A stretch of DNA of 38,827 bases from the IMG/VR virus record IMGVR_UViG_3300021438_000035, positions 1-38,827 of that record. The stretch is one strand, 5' to 3'. Within the stretch, counting starts at the first letter, position 1. The number at the start of each line of letters is the position of its first letter. Both the position numbers and the translations under genes were made by a program. The DNA is from a virus (taxonomy: Duplodnaviria > Caudoviricetes). Below the pieces are notes generated by a model. It saw only the letters and a program-made list of their open reading frames with translations, made no database searches and was not told the origin of the DNA. Shown in pieces: positions 17,501-26,127 of this stretch.

Positions 17501-20123
17501 CGACCTGCATCAAGTCGACGACGTTGCCGCCCGCCTCGTTGATGCTTTGCGCGAGCGTGTCGGCTTGCTTGTCGAAGCTCTGGTTCAGGATGTTGGGGTC
17601 GGTCAGGCTGTACTGGCCACCGTTGAAGACGGACTTCAACTGAGTCTGCTCGTACACCGCGAGGTTCTTGCGCCCGCCTTCGTTGACGTAGAAGCCGTCG
17701 AAGCCCAGCGCTTTGATGGCCTTTTGCACGACTGGTTTTTCAATCTCTTGCCAGTTGCCGTTGGCGTAAAAGCCTCCACCATTTGACCCGCGCGGGCGAC
17801 CCCACTGGTCGGTCTCTTTGTTCAACTCTTCAACAAGCGCGTTGATGTGGTCAGGGTTTTGGTAGTCGAACGGGTTTTGCGCGCTGACGTAGAGCGGCAT
17901 GATGTTTGGGCCGGTAGGCAACTGGTCGGCCACGGCCTTGTTGAAGATGCTGCGCACCGTCGGGTTCAACAGCTCGCCCATGCGCATCTTATGGACGAGC
18001 AGGTCGGCCTTCTCAGGGTCTTCGGCAAAACGCGCGCGGAGCTTTTCCTCAGCATCTTGCTGTGCGGCTTTGAGTTGTGCGGGAGACAGTTCGTCTTCGT
18101 AGTGCTCGACTATCCACTCTTTGCTCATCTCGCTAAAGTCTTCGGCGAACGCCGGGTCGTGAGTCACAAAGATGGCGCCAGCTTGCTTGGCCTTGAAGGC
18201 CGAGATGTCGCGGGCGGTGCCGTGGTACATCACGCGCGGCTTGCCATTGACATCGACCACTTGGCTCGCGCGGAACCACTGCTTGAATTTTGGTGAGTCT
18301 TGGTCGAGCGTGGGCTGACCGCTGAACGCACCTTTGATGAGGTGAGGCAGCTCGTGGCGATACAGCGCTTCAGGCGTCACACCCATGTGGCCAGCCATCA
18401 CGGTGTAGAACTGCTCCATGAGGGCAGCGCCCTTGGCGTTCACGTCGGATGAGAAGCGACCGGAGGCGTCGAGCTGCGCTTTGATTTCGTTGCGCACGAG
18501 TTGCGCGCTGGCGGCCATCTTGACGCTGTCAGCGGCTTGCGTGATGACGCGCTCGGCCTGCTGAGACAGCATCTCTTGCGCGTGCTCTTGACGCTGCGTT
18601 GCTTCGGTCAGGCTGAGACCGTCGGAGGTGGTGCTCAGATGAGGCAGCAGGGCCTGCTCGAGCGGCGTACCGGCCACGGCAGCGGTCAGCTCACCGATGG
18701 GCAGCTCGACGCGCGTGCGCGACACCAGCGCGTCAGCGAGTTGCGCTTCGACGCTTGGCAGTTGCTTGGCGATTTCGGTTGCGGTGACGCCTTGCTGTTG
18801 CAAGGTCTCGGCCAACACCTGTGGGTCAATCCACAGCGACGTGGGCGCGTCTTTAGCACCGTTGGCTGCCTCTTGCACGAACTCGCCGAGGGTGGCCTTG
18901 TCGAGCTTGTGCAGGTCGGTACCGGCGGCTTCTTGGAAGATGGACTGCACGATGCCCAGCTCGCGCTGCGTGCGGTCGATTTCAGTTTGGTGCGCGCGGT
19001 TCTTGATGTGCAGTGCGGACTCGACCAAGGTCTTGACGACACCACCGACAGTTGCGCCCACGGCGCCTGCTTCGTTTGCGCCACCGAAGTCGATCTTGGC
19101 TTCAGGGTTGGTGAGGTACTGACGCAGCATGTCTTGGCCGACGTTCTCCAACCACTCTTGCGTGCCCTCGCCTGCGGCACCGATACCGATGCGTGCGGCC
19201 GAGGCCATCATCGCGTTCTTGATGGGCACAGCCATCTTGCCGAGCATCAGGTCGAGGCTGTACTTTTCAGTTGCGCCGGTCCACACCGCGCCGAGCACGG
19301 TGGCTAAATCTTTTGAGCCTTGGCTCGAGGGGTCTTTGTCGACCTTCTCACCCATCTGGTCCAAGCCCATCGAGTACATCGACGCGGTGCTCAGTGCGCC
19401 GAAGCCGGTGAGCGCCATACCGATTTGGCCAGCGACTTGGCCAAGGCCACGCGACACTTGGTAGCCAAAATCTTTTTGCGCGTCGGGCACGCCCATGTAC
19501 TTCTCAGCGACCGCCTTGATGGCGTCACCTTCACGGCGCCAGTCAGCACCCACCAGAGGGCCAACGAGCGACTCGGTGGTGGGCTTCTGTGCAGGCAGAC
19601 CCATCGGGCCCGCTTGGGGTGTTGGCAAGAAGAGGTTGGAGAACGCTTCGATGCCGTTGCGTTGTGCGATTTCAAGACCGCGACCGACACCGGAGACAGT
19701 GCCGCCGACCAAGTCGCCAGCGATAGCTTGGCCAAAGCCGCGCAGCTTCGCTTCGATGCCCGACATCGCAGCACCATCGTTCTGCGCGAGGGCTGTGAAC
19801 TCAGGGTTCAACAACTTTGCGCGCAGCACTGGAGAAAAGCGCGAGGCTTCTTGCAGCTCGGCGAACTTGGCACGCGCCTTGGCTTCACCTTCAGCGGTCT
19901 CGACCACCACTGGGGGCAGGCCCGTGGTGTTCGACAAATACTTCAACTCGGCCGCGCGGTCGGGCGTGGTCTTGGTGGCAGCGTCCACGCTCATGCGCAA
20001 CTTGCCCTCCTCCGCGGTCACGCCCTGACGGAAGTTGGCGAACTCCTCGTCGAACGACTGCAGCTTCGGCTGCACTGTCTGTGGTTGGCGTGAAGCTGCG
20101 AATTCGGTTTCAAAGTCGGACAT
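11547..20123 (-). CDS. Giant internal virion (ejection) protein, polyvalent: ART-like, GNAT-like and HExxH modules
   Basis: 2858 aa in the T7 gp16-equivalent position; FKQWF...YHGT...FVT...GFDG (ART-like), GIG...LYSAFGF (GNAT-like), TFLHESGH. Confidence 0.85.
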   Translation of the reverse strand: MSDFETEFAASRQPQTVQPKLQSFDEEFANFRQGVTAEEGKLRMSVDAATKTTPDRAAELKYLSNTTGLPPVVVETAEGEAKARAKFAELQEASRFSPVLRAKLLNPEFTALAQNDGAAMSGIEAKLRGFGQAIAGDLVGGTVSGVGRGLEIAQRNGIEAFSNLFLPTPQAGPMGLPAQKPTTESLVGPLVGADWRREGDAIKAVAEKYMGVPDAQKDFGYQVSRGLGQVAGQIGMALTGFGALSTASMYSMGLDQMGEKVDKDPSSQGSKDLATVLGAVWTGATEKYSLDLMLGKMAVPIKNAMMASAARIGIGAAGEGTQEWLENVGQDMLRQYLTNPEAKIDFGGANEAGAVGATVGGVVKTLVESALHIKNRAHQTEIDRTQRELGIVQSIFQEAAGTDLHKLDKATLGEFVQEAANGAKDAPTSLWIDPQVLAETLQQQGVTATEIAKQLPSVEAQLADALVSRTRVELPIGELTAAVAGTPLEQALLPHLSTTSDGLSLTEATQRQEHAQEMLSQQAERVITQAADSVKMAASAQLVRNEIKAQLDASGRFSSDVNAKGAALMEQFYTVMAGHMGVTPEALYRHELPHLIKGAFSGQPTLDQDSPKFKQWFRASQVVDVNGKPRVMYHGTARDISAFKAKQAGAIFVTHDPAFAEDFSEMSKEWIVEHYEDELSPAQLKAAQQDAEEKLRARFAEDPEKADLLVHKMRMGELLNPTVRSIFNKAVADQLPTGPNIMPLYVSAQNPFDYQNPDHINALVEELNKETDQWGRPRGSNGGGFYANGNWQEIEKPVVQKAIKALGFDGFYVNEGGRKNLAVYEQTQLKSVFNGGQYSLTDPNILNQSFDKQADTLAQSINEAGGNVVDLMQVDQLLDSKDIPTITVQDLVGKSIFPTIADRTAAAAVYDGIDSSKLDVAIPLLGGPFFPLRESNAQAGVVWANRGDGVIAQKAAKLKEGANYMLVVMGDANMHQSNSTVAAAFMGTLEAWTRDGRITAAQLDSLGTLVREIGAKGAYDNAQKLVAADAALAAAVGEKAIDEAKKKRANLAKATSVFTYVENFPGFDDSSIMHTYMDGVSFDARKRILGIMASKQAMELGAPPMQKILDATREPSLAGHRWGDGVLLVEVDQTNPQVELGTEGTTAHPDFPVGVRGKVVGKLNAPISHELLWQDWFAANADKASPRRAFELSKPIVQVTQELADRIGKITQPNIDGARQARLAADFAAGNWRTSDTPVNKGGISPQEFIDAIANSDAKETLTPYTLDEVKQGIKDKTMRLYQLGDGQIFFMLKTQEDGKVLLASVVNNERGARGIGAPAVVLKAIEEGATDLDCYATKNAKYPKGFLPTLYSAFGFVQTESYDFDAQYFKEGMPEDQKRLALADAVKYWKDSTPGYDPQADGMPPLVMMQWKGTDDERAKITERYLRGGLEGLLSGGATANVADFVAEFGLSDRQEVAGAGATAVSGRADGTQGAGAGAPIAPRARGTVQAIAGLSRNELTNLGLSTEDRSAVRTALGYTEGPGTLAQSAVPNKYQEKYLAGRDVRSLSAEERAQYDIIATPGDTLEQPARGNYDIGSMTTVLNGTADLSTFLHESGHFFLDAIRRLATKPDAPESVRAMYAQALKGLNVTEQQWNDWHTEYEATGKIADGMRAAHERFAETFELYLFSGKAPTQELQSLFRTFAEWLKRVYTSMTQFAASKNITLDPDLKQVMDRMLATDAQIAEAEQIAGLLPEFDATAEAQEKLTARSVRDLKWAVNARNKVIKKLQQEAAAKRKEVEDEVRAEVNEQPVYKAIRFIKKGELVVDGEEIKATKGHKINTEALAAMYPDSALGNPDLTKLKGMTASTGLSPNELADALPGFTSGDQLVRSIVDAEPIESVIEGMTDQRMLERYGDLSTPEAIAQAATDAVHNEARAKSLATELAAQRDMLNPRADTGEVNAKGNRITVNALVEAAKNFASNVIGKRKLGDLKKAAWSHLQAERRAGKAWEAATAKGDTQEAVQAKQDQMLNNYAVRAVADAQVQVRKAMELFKRVTKGTDEKLVDRGYDPDIANAARAILSAYGIAPTKGKSAIEYLQTLESNDPAMYGVVRAPVEAALANAKPFAELTVSELGALTDEIASLWHLARRSRQMEVDGDLLDREDVQEQLKERLVEIGIPDTMPGDTKAITPKEQALRKLSAFRALATRMENWTQHLGPVFTKFAFQPVKEAADRYRKDKGAYLNKFRALLGGIEFKRGTIAAPELNYTFGEDTGGVAMSELLHAILHTGNESNKRKLLLGREWATENADGTLDTSRWDAFVQRMIDEGVIGKQHYDFAQGVWDLLESMKPLAQKTHRDVFGRYFAEVTSDAFTTPFGAYRGGYVPAIADSRIVSDAATRALAEAENDSMAYAFPTTNKGFTKGRVEYNRPLLLNVGTMTQHMDKVLKFSHLETPVRDVRKVLTAKGVAYGLNRIDPVAFDNIVTPWLNRAARQSVETPTAGDQGLSRLFSVARNRAGMGAMFANIANSVQQITGFSMAAIKVKPGYMIEAAASMVSDRKAMLKNVCDASIYMQERMENDVANAEAALRDILLDPTTYDKAKDWSQKHAYFLQQAVDNTMGPVIWTGAFNQAVAEGSSEKDAVRHADSVIRTTQGSTLPEDISRFEGGPAWSRVFTQFTSYFNMQANLMGTEFANVARDIGVKKGAGKMLYVTLLGLLAPAWVGEAVMQAFRGGPDDEDKDGEYLDDWIAAVFGWSVLRNVTAMVPAVGPVVNATFNAFNKNPNDDRVGNAAAVSKIEAAAHAPASVYKAVIEDGNQQKAVRDVSALITLATGLPVDVLAKPLGYAAAVHQGKVTPTSAADAARGAITGVASPDSK

Positions 20124-21881
20124 TTATTTCTTGCCTTTTTTCTGCTGGAACTCGTACCACGCGGTGGCTACAGAGGTGGGGTCGGTTGGCTTGCCTTCGG
20201 TGCGCAGTTGCCTGACCACAGTGCCGTATTGCGCGGTGGGAATAGAGGCGATAGACACGTTGTCGTAGGCGGGTTTGCCGTTGGCGTCGACGGTTGCCAC
20301 GCGGACGATACCAACCTGCGCGATTTTCAAGGGGTCGACGTCACGCACGTTGACCTCATTCGTGCCGTACAGGGTGCCGGGCATGAGAATCTTGGCCGAT
20401 AGTGTTGTTTTGGCAATGTTGAGCTTTTCTTCGCTTGTAAGCGGGCGGCCCTTGGCTCTTTGCTCGGTTTTGATTGCCTGCTCAACACTGAATCTTGCCT
20501 CGCCAAGTTTTGCCTTATCAGGCTGGGGCGCGTCCGGATTCAAACCCGCTTGTCGTGCGACGTGGTTGAAGTCATCGGTGTCGATACGTGCCTCGTCTTT
20601 GTTTGCGGCGTTGAGCATGCTGTCCTTCATCTGCAACAGGTGACCTGTGTACTTCTGACCGAGCGTGGGGAGCAGCGCTTCAACTTCTGGGCGCGACATG
20701 CTTGCGATTTTGGTTGCGTCGTAGTTGTAGAAGTTGGATGCCTGCTCGTGCTCAAGGATGGCTTGCTCGGCGTTGTTCAACTGCACCTTGGTGCCCAAGA
20801 TGTACTTCTCGAGTTCGTCCTTGCGCACTGGTGTCAGTGCGGACCATTGGGGTGTCGCTTTGATTTGCGCCAAGTCCATGCCCTTCTGTGACATGCCGAC
20901 GATGGTGTTGGTGGAGGCAGCCACACCTTGCGCGTGCGCGCTGGCTTGGAAGCCGTGCTGAATGGTCAGCTCCTGACGGATGGCCTTCAACAGCACCGGG
21001 TTACCCTCGGCAGCCTTCACTGCAGCCTTGTCAGCCGCAGCCAAGTTCAAGATGCCATCGGCACCGCGCAGCTTTGGGTCAGCAGCCAACACCCGGCCCT
21101 TCTCCCCACCGTCGTAGTCGGCGCCGGTGGCGGCCAAGCGTTGGTCGAGCGTATCGAACAAGCGGCTGTCGATGGTGCCCTCACCCTTGGCCTTCTCGTA
21201 GAACGCCTTGGCCTGCAGGTACGTGGCTGGGTTGGCCAACAGGTTGTTGAATACACCGACGTTAAGGCCCGACACGGCCTCTTCAGTCTTCTCTTTCAGG
21301 AGGTCGGCACCCCAACCCTTCGACTGGCCATAGATGGCCAAGCGCGCGCGCGTGGCGTCGGTCTTGTCCTTGACGTTCTCAGGCGTGGGGATGGCGGCGG
21401 CCGACTTCGCGTCGAGCGCGTTGTTGGCGTCGACCTTCTGCGCGAGGGCGACGTCGAGCTGCTTGTTCTCAAACTCGGAGAACGCGGCCGTGCTCACCTG
21501 CGCTTGGCGCATGATGGAGTTGGCAAACATGCGCTGCGCTTGCGTGCTGCCCATGTCCTTGGCGATGTCTTGCTGGGTCTTGTTCCAGAACTCTTGCGAG
21601 CGCTGCGTGATGCCCTTGGCGTTTTCGCCTTGGCCTTCTTGCGTGGCTTTTGCGGACCATTCCGTGTACGCGGCCTTGGCTTTGGCTTCGGCGTCAAACA
21701 CCTCGGTCAATGTTTGGCGCTCGGCCACGCGGTCGATGGCGTTGGCTGCGGTCGCAAGACCAGTACCGGCGGCGGCCATGTCGCGCGCTTGCACGCCACC
21801 GAACTGGTTGGCGTTGGCTTGGTCGTAGTTGAGCGCTTTTTCTTGGACCTGCGGCCCGTCGTACATTGGAATTTGAGGCAT
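20124..21881 (-). CDS. Internal virion (ejection) protein, gp15-equivalent
   Basis: 585 aa, Ala/Gln-rich and helical; MPQIPMY start; gene position. Confidence 0.75.
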   Translation of the reverse strand: MPQIPMYDGPQVQEKALNYDQANANQFGGVQARDMAAAGTGLATAANAIDRVAERQTLTEVFDAEAKAKAAYTEWSAKATQEGQGENAKGITQRSQEFWNKTQQDIAKDMGSTQAQRMFANSIMRQAQVSTAAFSEFENKQLDVALAQKVDANNALDAKSAAAIPTPENVKDKTDATRARLAIYGQSKGWGADLLKEKTEEAVSGLNVGVFNNLLANPATYLQAKAFYEKAKGEGTIDSRLFDTLDQRLAATGADYDGGEKGRVLAADPKLRGADGILNLAAADKAAVKAAEGNPVLLKAIRQELTIQHGFQASAHAQGVAASTNTIVGMSQKGMDLAQIKATPQWSALTPVRKDELEKYILGTKVQLNNAEQAILEHEQASNFYNYDATKIASMSRPEVEALLPTLGQKYTGHLLQMKDSMLNAANKDEARIDTDDFNHVARQAGLNPDAPQPDKAKLGEARFSVEQAIKTEQRAKGRPLTSEEKLNIAKTTLSAKILMPGTLYGTNEVNVRDVDPLKIAQVGIVRVATVDANGKPAYDNVSIASIPTAQYGTVVRQLRTEGKPTDPTSVATAWYEFQQKKGKK

Positions 21882-21884
21882 TGC

Positions 21885-22577
21885 TTAGTTCCCGTTGACG
21901 CCGTCGTTGATACGGCCACCGTTGTTGTAGCGGTACCACTTGTCGGCGACGTTGCCTGCACCAGCGAGCATCGTGCCGCCTGCGGTCAGGTAGGGGTTGT
22001 AGCTGGCAGCTTCGGATGCGTAGCCGTTGGCGCGGTTCTTGTACCCGGCGGCTTCGCGGTTGGCGTTGTTCACCGTGGTGCGCTGGTCCTCGAGGCCGTA
22101 GTAGTCGGTTTGTGCAAGCACGGCAGCCGGTGTGCCGCCTGAGAGGTCCAAGCCGTTGGCTGCCATGTTGGCCGTTTGCTGACCACGCACTGCACTGACC
22201 TGACGGCCGACGCGTTGTTGTTCGAGGTCGCCACGGTCTTGGGCGTCGTGGCCCATCATGGTGGCCATTTGCGCGTTGCGTTCGGCGGCAGCCTTGGCAG
22301 CTTCGGCGGCGTTCATTTGGCCGACGGCTTGCATGCCGGTGCCTGCAATCGAGGTGCCCAAGGCGAGCATCTGGGTGGTGCTCATGCCCGCAGCGGTACC
22401 GGCGGCTGGCGCCACGCTACCGGCGACGACGGGAGCCACGTAGCTCTCGGCTGCGGCGGCACCTGCGGCACCCGCTTCAGCGGCGCCCATCGCGCCCCAT
22501 GCACCGGCGGCTGCGCCACCTGTGTAGACGACGGCGGCAATCATTGCGGCTTGGGTCAGTTTTTGTGAATTACACAT
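21885..22577 (-). CDS. Internal virion protein, gp14-equivalent
   Basis: MC start, Ala/Gly-rich hydrophobic N-terminus, GQQTANMAANGLDLSGGT motif; gene position. Confidence 0.75.
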   Translation of the reverse strand: MCNSQKLTQAAMIAAVVYTGGAAAGAWGAMGAAEAGAAGAAAAESYVAPVVAGSVAPAAGTAAGMSTTQMLALGTSIAGTGMQAVGQMNAAEAAKAAAERNAQMATMMGHDAQDRGDLEQQRVGRQVSAVRGQQTANMAANGLDLSGGTPAAVLAQTDYYGLEDQRTTVNNANREAAGYKNRANGYASEAASYNPYLTAGGTMLAGAGNVADKWYRYNNGGRINDGVNGN

Positions 22578-23082
22578 GGGCGGGCCTTTCAATTTGGAAT
22601 GGGTGGAATGGGAAACCCAGCGCCCCGTAGGGCACCGACTTCTCAATGCCGAAGCCCAACCGTTGTAACCACGCAACACTTTTGATGTTGCGGGCGTCCA
22701 CATGGTTGGCCAACGAGCTGTACTCACCCAGCATGGACTGAGTGTAGGTGCGACCAGCGTCGATAAACGCTCGTTTGTAGCGGTCTGCACTAGGTGTGCC
22801 CATCATCCAAGGGCACCCTATGTTGTATAAAAACGACACTGTGGTCACGCCGAGTAGCGCGACGGGTTCGCCGTACGCGCTAATGGCCATCACACATGAG
22901 TCGGATGCGAGCACCGAGAGGCGCAGCGCATCGAGGTAGCGCCGGTGGCCGAGGGTGGCGTGGCACTCCTCGCGGTCCCCTTCGCGCAGGTTCTCCGCGA
23001 TGTACTCGATGCCCTCGTCGGTGGGCTCAGTGAACTCGTACCGCTCGGTTTGCAGCAGCGGCAGCCGCCACGCCTTACCCAC
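22570..23082 (-). CDS. T7 gp13-like/GNAT-fold virion assembly protein
   Basis: LREGDREE...N.VDARNIKSVAWLQRLGF; gene position after the nozzle gene. Confidence 0.75.
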   Translation of the reverse strand: MGKAWRLPLLQTERYEFTEPTDEGIEYIAENLREGDREECHATLGHRRYLDALRLSVLASDSCVMAISAYGEPVALLGVTTVSFLYNIGCPWMMGTPSADRYKRAFIDAGRTYTQSMLGEYSSLANHVDARNIKSVAWLQRLGFGIEKSVPYGALGFPFHPFQIERPAHV

Positions 23083-25138
23083 CGACCGACACCTTCATCG
23101 TCAACGCGGAGAGCGTCAACGGTGTCGGGTCCGAGCTTTGAATCCAGAGCTGTGCATCGGGCGTGATGTCGGGGTTCACGAGCAAGTCGAGAACCTCGGA
23201 GCGCAGGCGCGGTGGCGTGTCGTAGTTCTCGTTGGTGCGTGGCGGGATGGTGCTCAAGCGGTCGCTCGTTGGTCCCACCGACAAGATGCCGGTGCGGTTC
23301 ACGCGCAGGTACGCGTAGTCGACCGACTTCATGGTGCCCTGCCCGCCAGCCATTGCAGACTCGAGCGCCATTGGCAGCGTCTGAATATCAGCGGTGAACG
23401 GCAAACCAATCTGCACCTTGGAGGCTGCAACCGGCAGCGTGACAGAGCCGCTCGTCACGACCAAGTTCTTGACCACAGCGCCGTCAGCCAAGGCCACAAG
23501 GGTCTTGCCCTCGAGCCAGCTCAGGCCGCTGATTGTCGTGGTCGCTGCGCCCACGTAGGTGCCACCACAGTCGACGTAGAACGAGTCGCCTTGCGTGGCG
23601 AACACGCGCGTCGACATGCGCTCGACCATGCGCTTGGTGACGCCACCGATGGTGCGCTTCACGAGTGCGTAGAGGATGTCTTCGTTGTTCTCTGCAACGA
23701 CGCACACGCTCTCGAAGAGGCCATCGGTGAAGTGTTGGTGCCAGCCAAAGACTTGGTGCTCGGGCACGTACGACATGCCGAGCAGCGCGCCGTCGGAGCG
23801 CACGAACCACGCAACTTGGTCAGGTGAACGCGAGTAGGCGCAGTCGTTCAACGTGTAGCCGTTGAAGAGGTGCGGCGCCATGATGGAGCGGTCGTCGGCC
23901 GCGTACACCTGCGACTGCCAGTTGAATGACAGGTCGCGCACGCGTCGGCCGTTGGTTTCCACGTACAGGCACGAGCTGCCGGTCAAAATCGGATGCACGC
24001 TGTTGGAGCCGTAGAAGGTCTGGCCACGCACCGACAAGTTCGCTGGGGTCAGCGCTTGGTTGTTGGCTGCTGCAATCTTCCATGCACCGCCCACGGTCAA
24101 AGCGATCAAGTCGTTCAACGGGATGAGGTGGCGAATGGCGTTTTGCTGCTGGGCCTTGATGGTGAACGAGAGCGCGTCGGCTGCGTTGCTTGGCAGTGAC
24201 GCGTTCAGGTTCGACTCGGTGGCCGACTTGGTGCCGTACACGGTCTGCGGGTTGTTGACGGTACCGGCGAACATGCGTCGCTGCTCGTAGTAGCCCACGG
24301 CCGAGGGGTAATTGCCTGCGGTGTCGAGGCGAATCGTGGTGGCCGGTGGGTTCTTTGAGTAGTCGGCGGTGATGTTGTCGTCGGTGAAGGTCACGTCCGA
24401 GGTCTCACCGATGTAGCCGTAGAGGCGCCCGGGGTTGTTCATCGCCTTGTAGACGCGATAGGTGCCTGCACCTGTCACGGCCGACCAGTTGATGGTGTTC
24501 TTGGCGCCCGAGAGCGACAGGTCGTTGGTCAGCAGCAAGTAAGCAGAGGCCAACGACTCTTCGACGCCGTCAGGCGTGACCATCGTGACCTTGTAGTACA
24601 TATTGCGGTTGAACGCAGTGCCAGTGCCTGCGGTAGCTGCGCCTGTAGGTGTGCCCGGCACGGCTGGCGTAGCCCCCAGCGTGGGTGCTGTCAGCGTCCA
24701 GCTCACTGAACTCAAGCGTCGCAGCTCGTAGACCGGGTAGCTCTTGTGCGTGATGGTGATGACGTCGGAGGACTGCGTGTACTCGAGGTCAAACAAGTCG
24801 GTCGACGCGTAGGGCGAGCTGATTTGGTATGGACTGCCACCGGAGATGAGCGTGGCGCCCAACGTGTGGAAGCGAATGTAGTTGTGGCCGAACTCGAGCA
24901 CCATCGTTTGCGTGGCGCTGAAGGCGAACGGGATTAAGCGCACTTGCAACGCCGAGTTGCCAGCGGTGTTGACGTAGGCAAAGCCCGGGCGCTTCGTGAC
25001 AGGGCCGTGAGGCAGCACCATCGCATTGCGACACAGGGCCAAGCCCGTTTGAAACTTGACGTTATCCAAACGGCCGTACATCTCTGGCGTAATTTCCCCG
25101 CCAGCAAAGGAGCGTGTGAGTTCTTTAACTAATGGCAT
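23075..25138 (-). CDS. Tail tubular protein B (nozzle)
   Basis: SFAGGEITP...G...KRPG...RLIPF, YPSAVGYYEQR, GWHQH; gene position. Confidence 0.88.
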   Translation of the reverse strand: MPLVKELTRSFAGGEITPEMYGRLDNVKFQTGLALCRNAMVLPHGPVTKRPGFAYVNTAGNSALQVRLIPFAFSATQTMVLEFGHNYIRFHTLGATLISGGSPYQISSPYASTDLFDLEYTQSSDVITITHKSYPVYELRRLSSVSWTLTAPTLGATPAVPGTPTGAATAGTGTAFNRNMYYKVTMVTPDGVEESLASAYLLLTNDLSLSGAKNTINWSAVTGAGTYRVYKAMNNPGRLYGYIGETSDVTFTDDNITADYSKNPPATTIRLDTAGNYPSAVGYYEQRRMFAGTVNNPQTVYGTKSATESNLNASLPSNAADALSFTIKAQQQNAIRHLIPLNDLIALTVGGAWKIAAANNQALTPANLSVRGQTFYGSNSVHPILTGSSCLYVETNGRRVRDLSFNWQSQVYAADDRSIMAPHLFNGYTLNDCAYSRSPDQVAWFVRSDGALLGMSYVPEHQVFGWHQHFTDGLFESVCVVAENNEDILYALVKRTIGGVTKRMVERMSTRVFATQGDSFYVDCGGTYVGAATTTISGLSWLEGKTLVALADGAVVKNLVVTSGSVTLPVAASKVQIGLPFTADIQTLPMALESAMAGGQGTMKSVDYAYLRVNRTGILSVGPTSDRLSTIPPRTNENYDTPPRLRSEVLDLLVNPDITPDAQLWIQSSDPTPLTLSALTMKVSVGG

Positions 25139-25796
25139 AGCCGGACTGTGGGTAGATCACTGGGTTGGAGCCGGTCGCGTTGCCGGGCACTGTGCCTCCG
25201 CGCGCTGCGACCATCGAGGGTACAAACTCGTCCGAGCGCCATGAGCGGTTCGCATCGTACGAGGTGGCTTCTTTCGCTTTCTTGGCGGCGATGTTGTGCA
25301 AAGACGAAGCGGCAGCACCGCCGGACTCACCGCGCAGGATGGGGCCAGCGAGGTAGGCTGCGAGCTTGTATGAGAGCGCGGTGACAAAGCCGGGTGAGAA
25401 GCGCGTGGGGTCTTCCACCGGGCGGGTGTAAATCAGGATGGCGCTGGCCACGTTGGTCAGCAGCACGTCGCCCTCTTGGTCGAAGTCGACCGAGTCGTCT
25501 TCATGCAGTGTGGAGTCGCCTGTAGGTTGCATGCGGCGTGGCGTGATGCAGTCCGCAGGGCGCATGTACGCGTAAGCCCACACGTTGCTGGGGTTGGTGC
25601 TCAACGGGGACAAGATGGTGCGCGTGCGCGCAAAGGTCCAGTCGTTCATCTCGAGCACCTCATCACGAGCGATGCTAAAGAAACGAGCGCAGTAGTCAGC
25701 TTCGACCGAGCCATCCACAGGCGAGATTGAAACCACTTGGGCCTTGTTGCCGAGATGACTCAGCGCAAGGTTGCAGATGTCGACGGTTGATGCCAT
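25125..25796 (-). CDS. Tail tubular protein A (adaptor)
   Basis: VDICNLALSHLG...WTFA...YAY.RP.DC; gene position. Confidence 0.85.
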   Translation of the reverse strand: MASTVDICNLALSHLGNKAQVVSISPVDGSVEADYCARFFSIARDEVLEMNDWTFARTRTILSPLSTNPSNVWAYAYMRPADCITPRRMQPTGDSTLHEDDSVDFDQEGDVLLTNVASAILIYTRPVEDPTRFSPGFVTALSYKLAAYLAGPILRGESGGAAASSLHNIAAKKAKEATSYDANRSWRSDEFVPSMVAARGGTVPGNATGSNPVIYPQSGYAIS

Positions 25797-25812
25797 TTGA
25801 AACTCCTTAAAC

Positions 25813-25849
25813 AAAAAGGGCCGAAGTTACCCCCGGCCCTTTTCTTTTT
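25813..25849. terminator. Bidirectional intrinsic terminator AAAAAGGGCCG-loop-CGGCCCTTTT
   Basis: GC-rich stem flanked by A and T tracts, downstream of the head genes. Confidence 0.8.
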
Positions 25850-25863
25850 CGATGTGCCGAGGC

Positions 25864-26112
25864 TTATGCCAAAGCTGGTTCGCCGCCTTCGGCGCCTTGC
25901 TCTGCATCACCGGCGGGCTTCGCAGCCTTTGCCGGTTTGCTCTTGGCAGCGGGCTTGGCAGCAGTCAAGTTGCCCTCCGCGTCGCAAGCTGCGAGGTTGA
26001 CGCCGGGGGTCATGCCGCCGGTAGATGGGTCGTCGTTGATGTCAACGACAGCGCCTTCTTGAACGAGGGCAACACCGATGAAGGACAGCTCGAGGACTTT
26101 GTAATAAGCCAT
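25864..26112 (-). CDS. Small head-region protein
   Basis: 82 aa, GGAG RBS, Lys/Ala/Pro-rich tail. Confidence 0.7.
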   Translation of the reverse strand: MAYYKVLELSFIGVALVQEGAVVDINDDPSTGGMTPGVNLAACDAEGNLTAAKPAAKSKPAKAAKPAGDAEQGAEGGEPALA

Positions 26113-26127
26113 TTGGGACTCCGAAAA

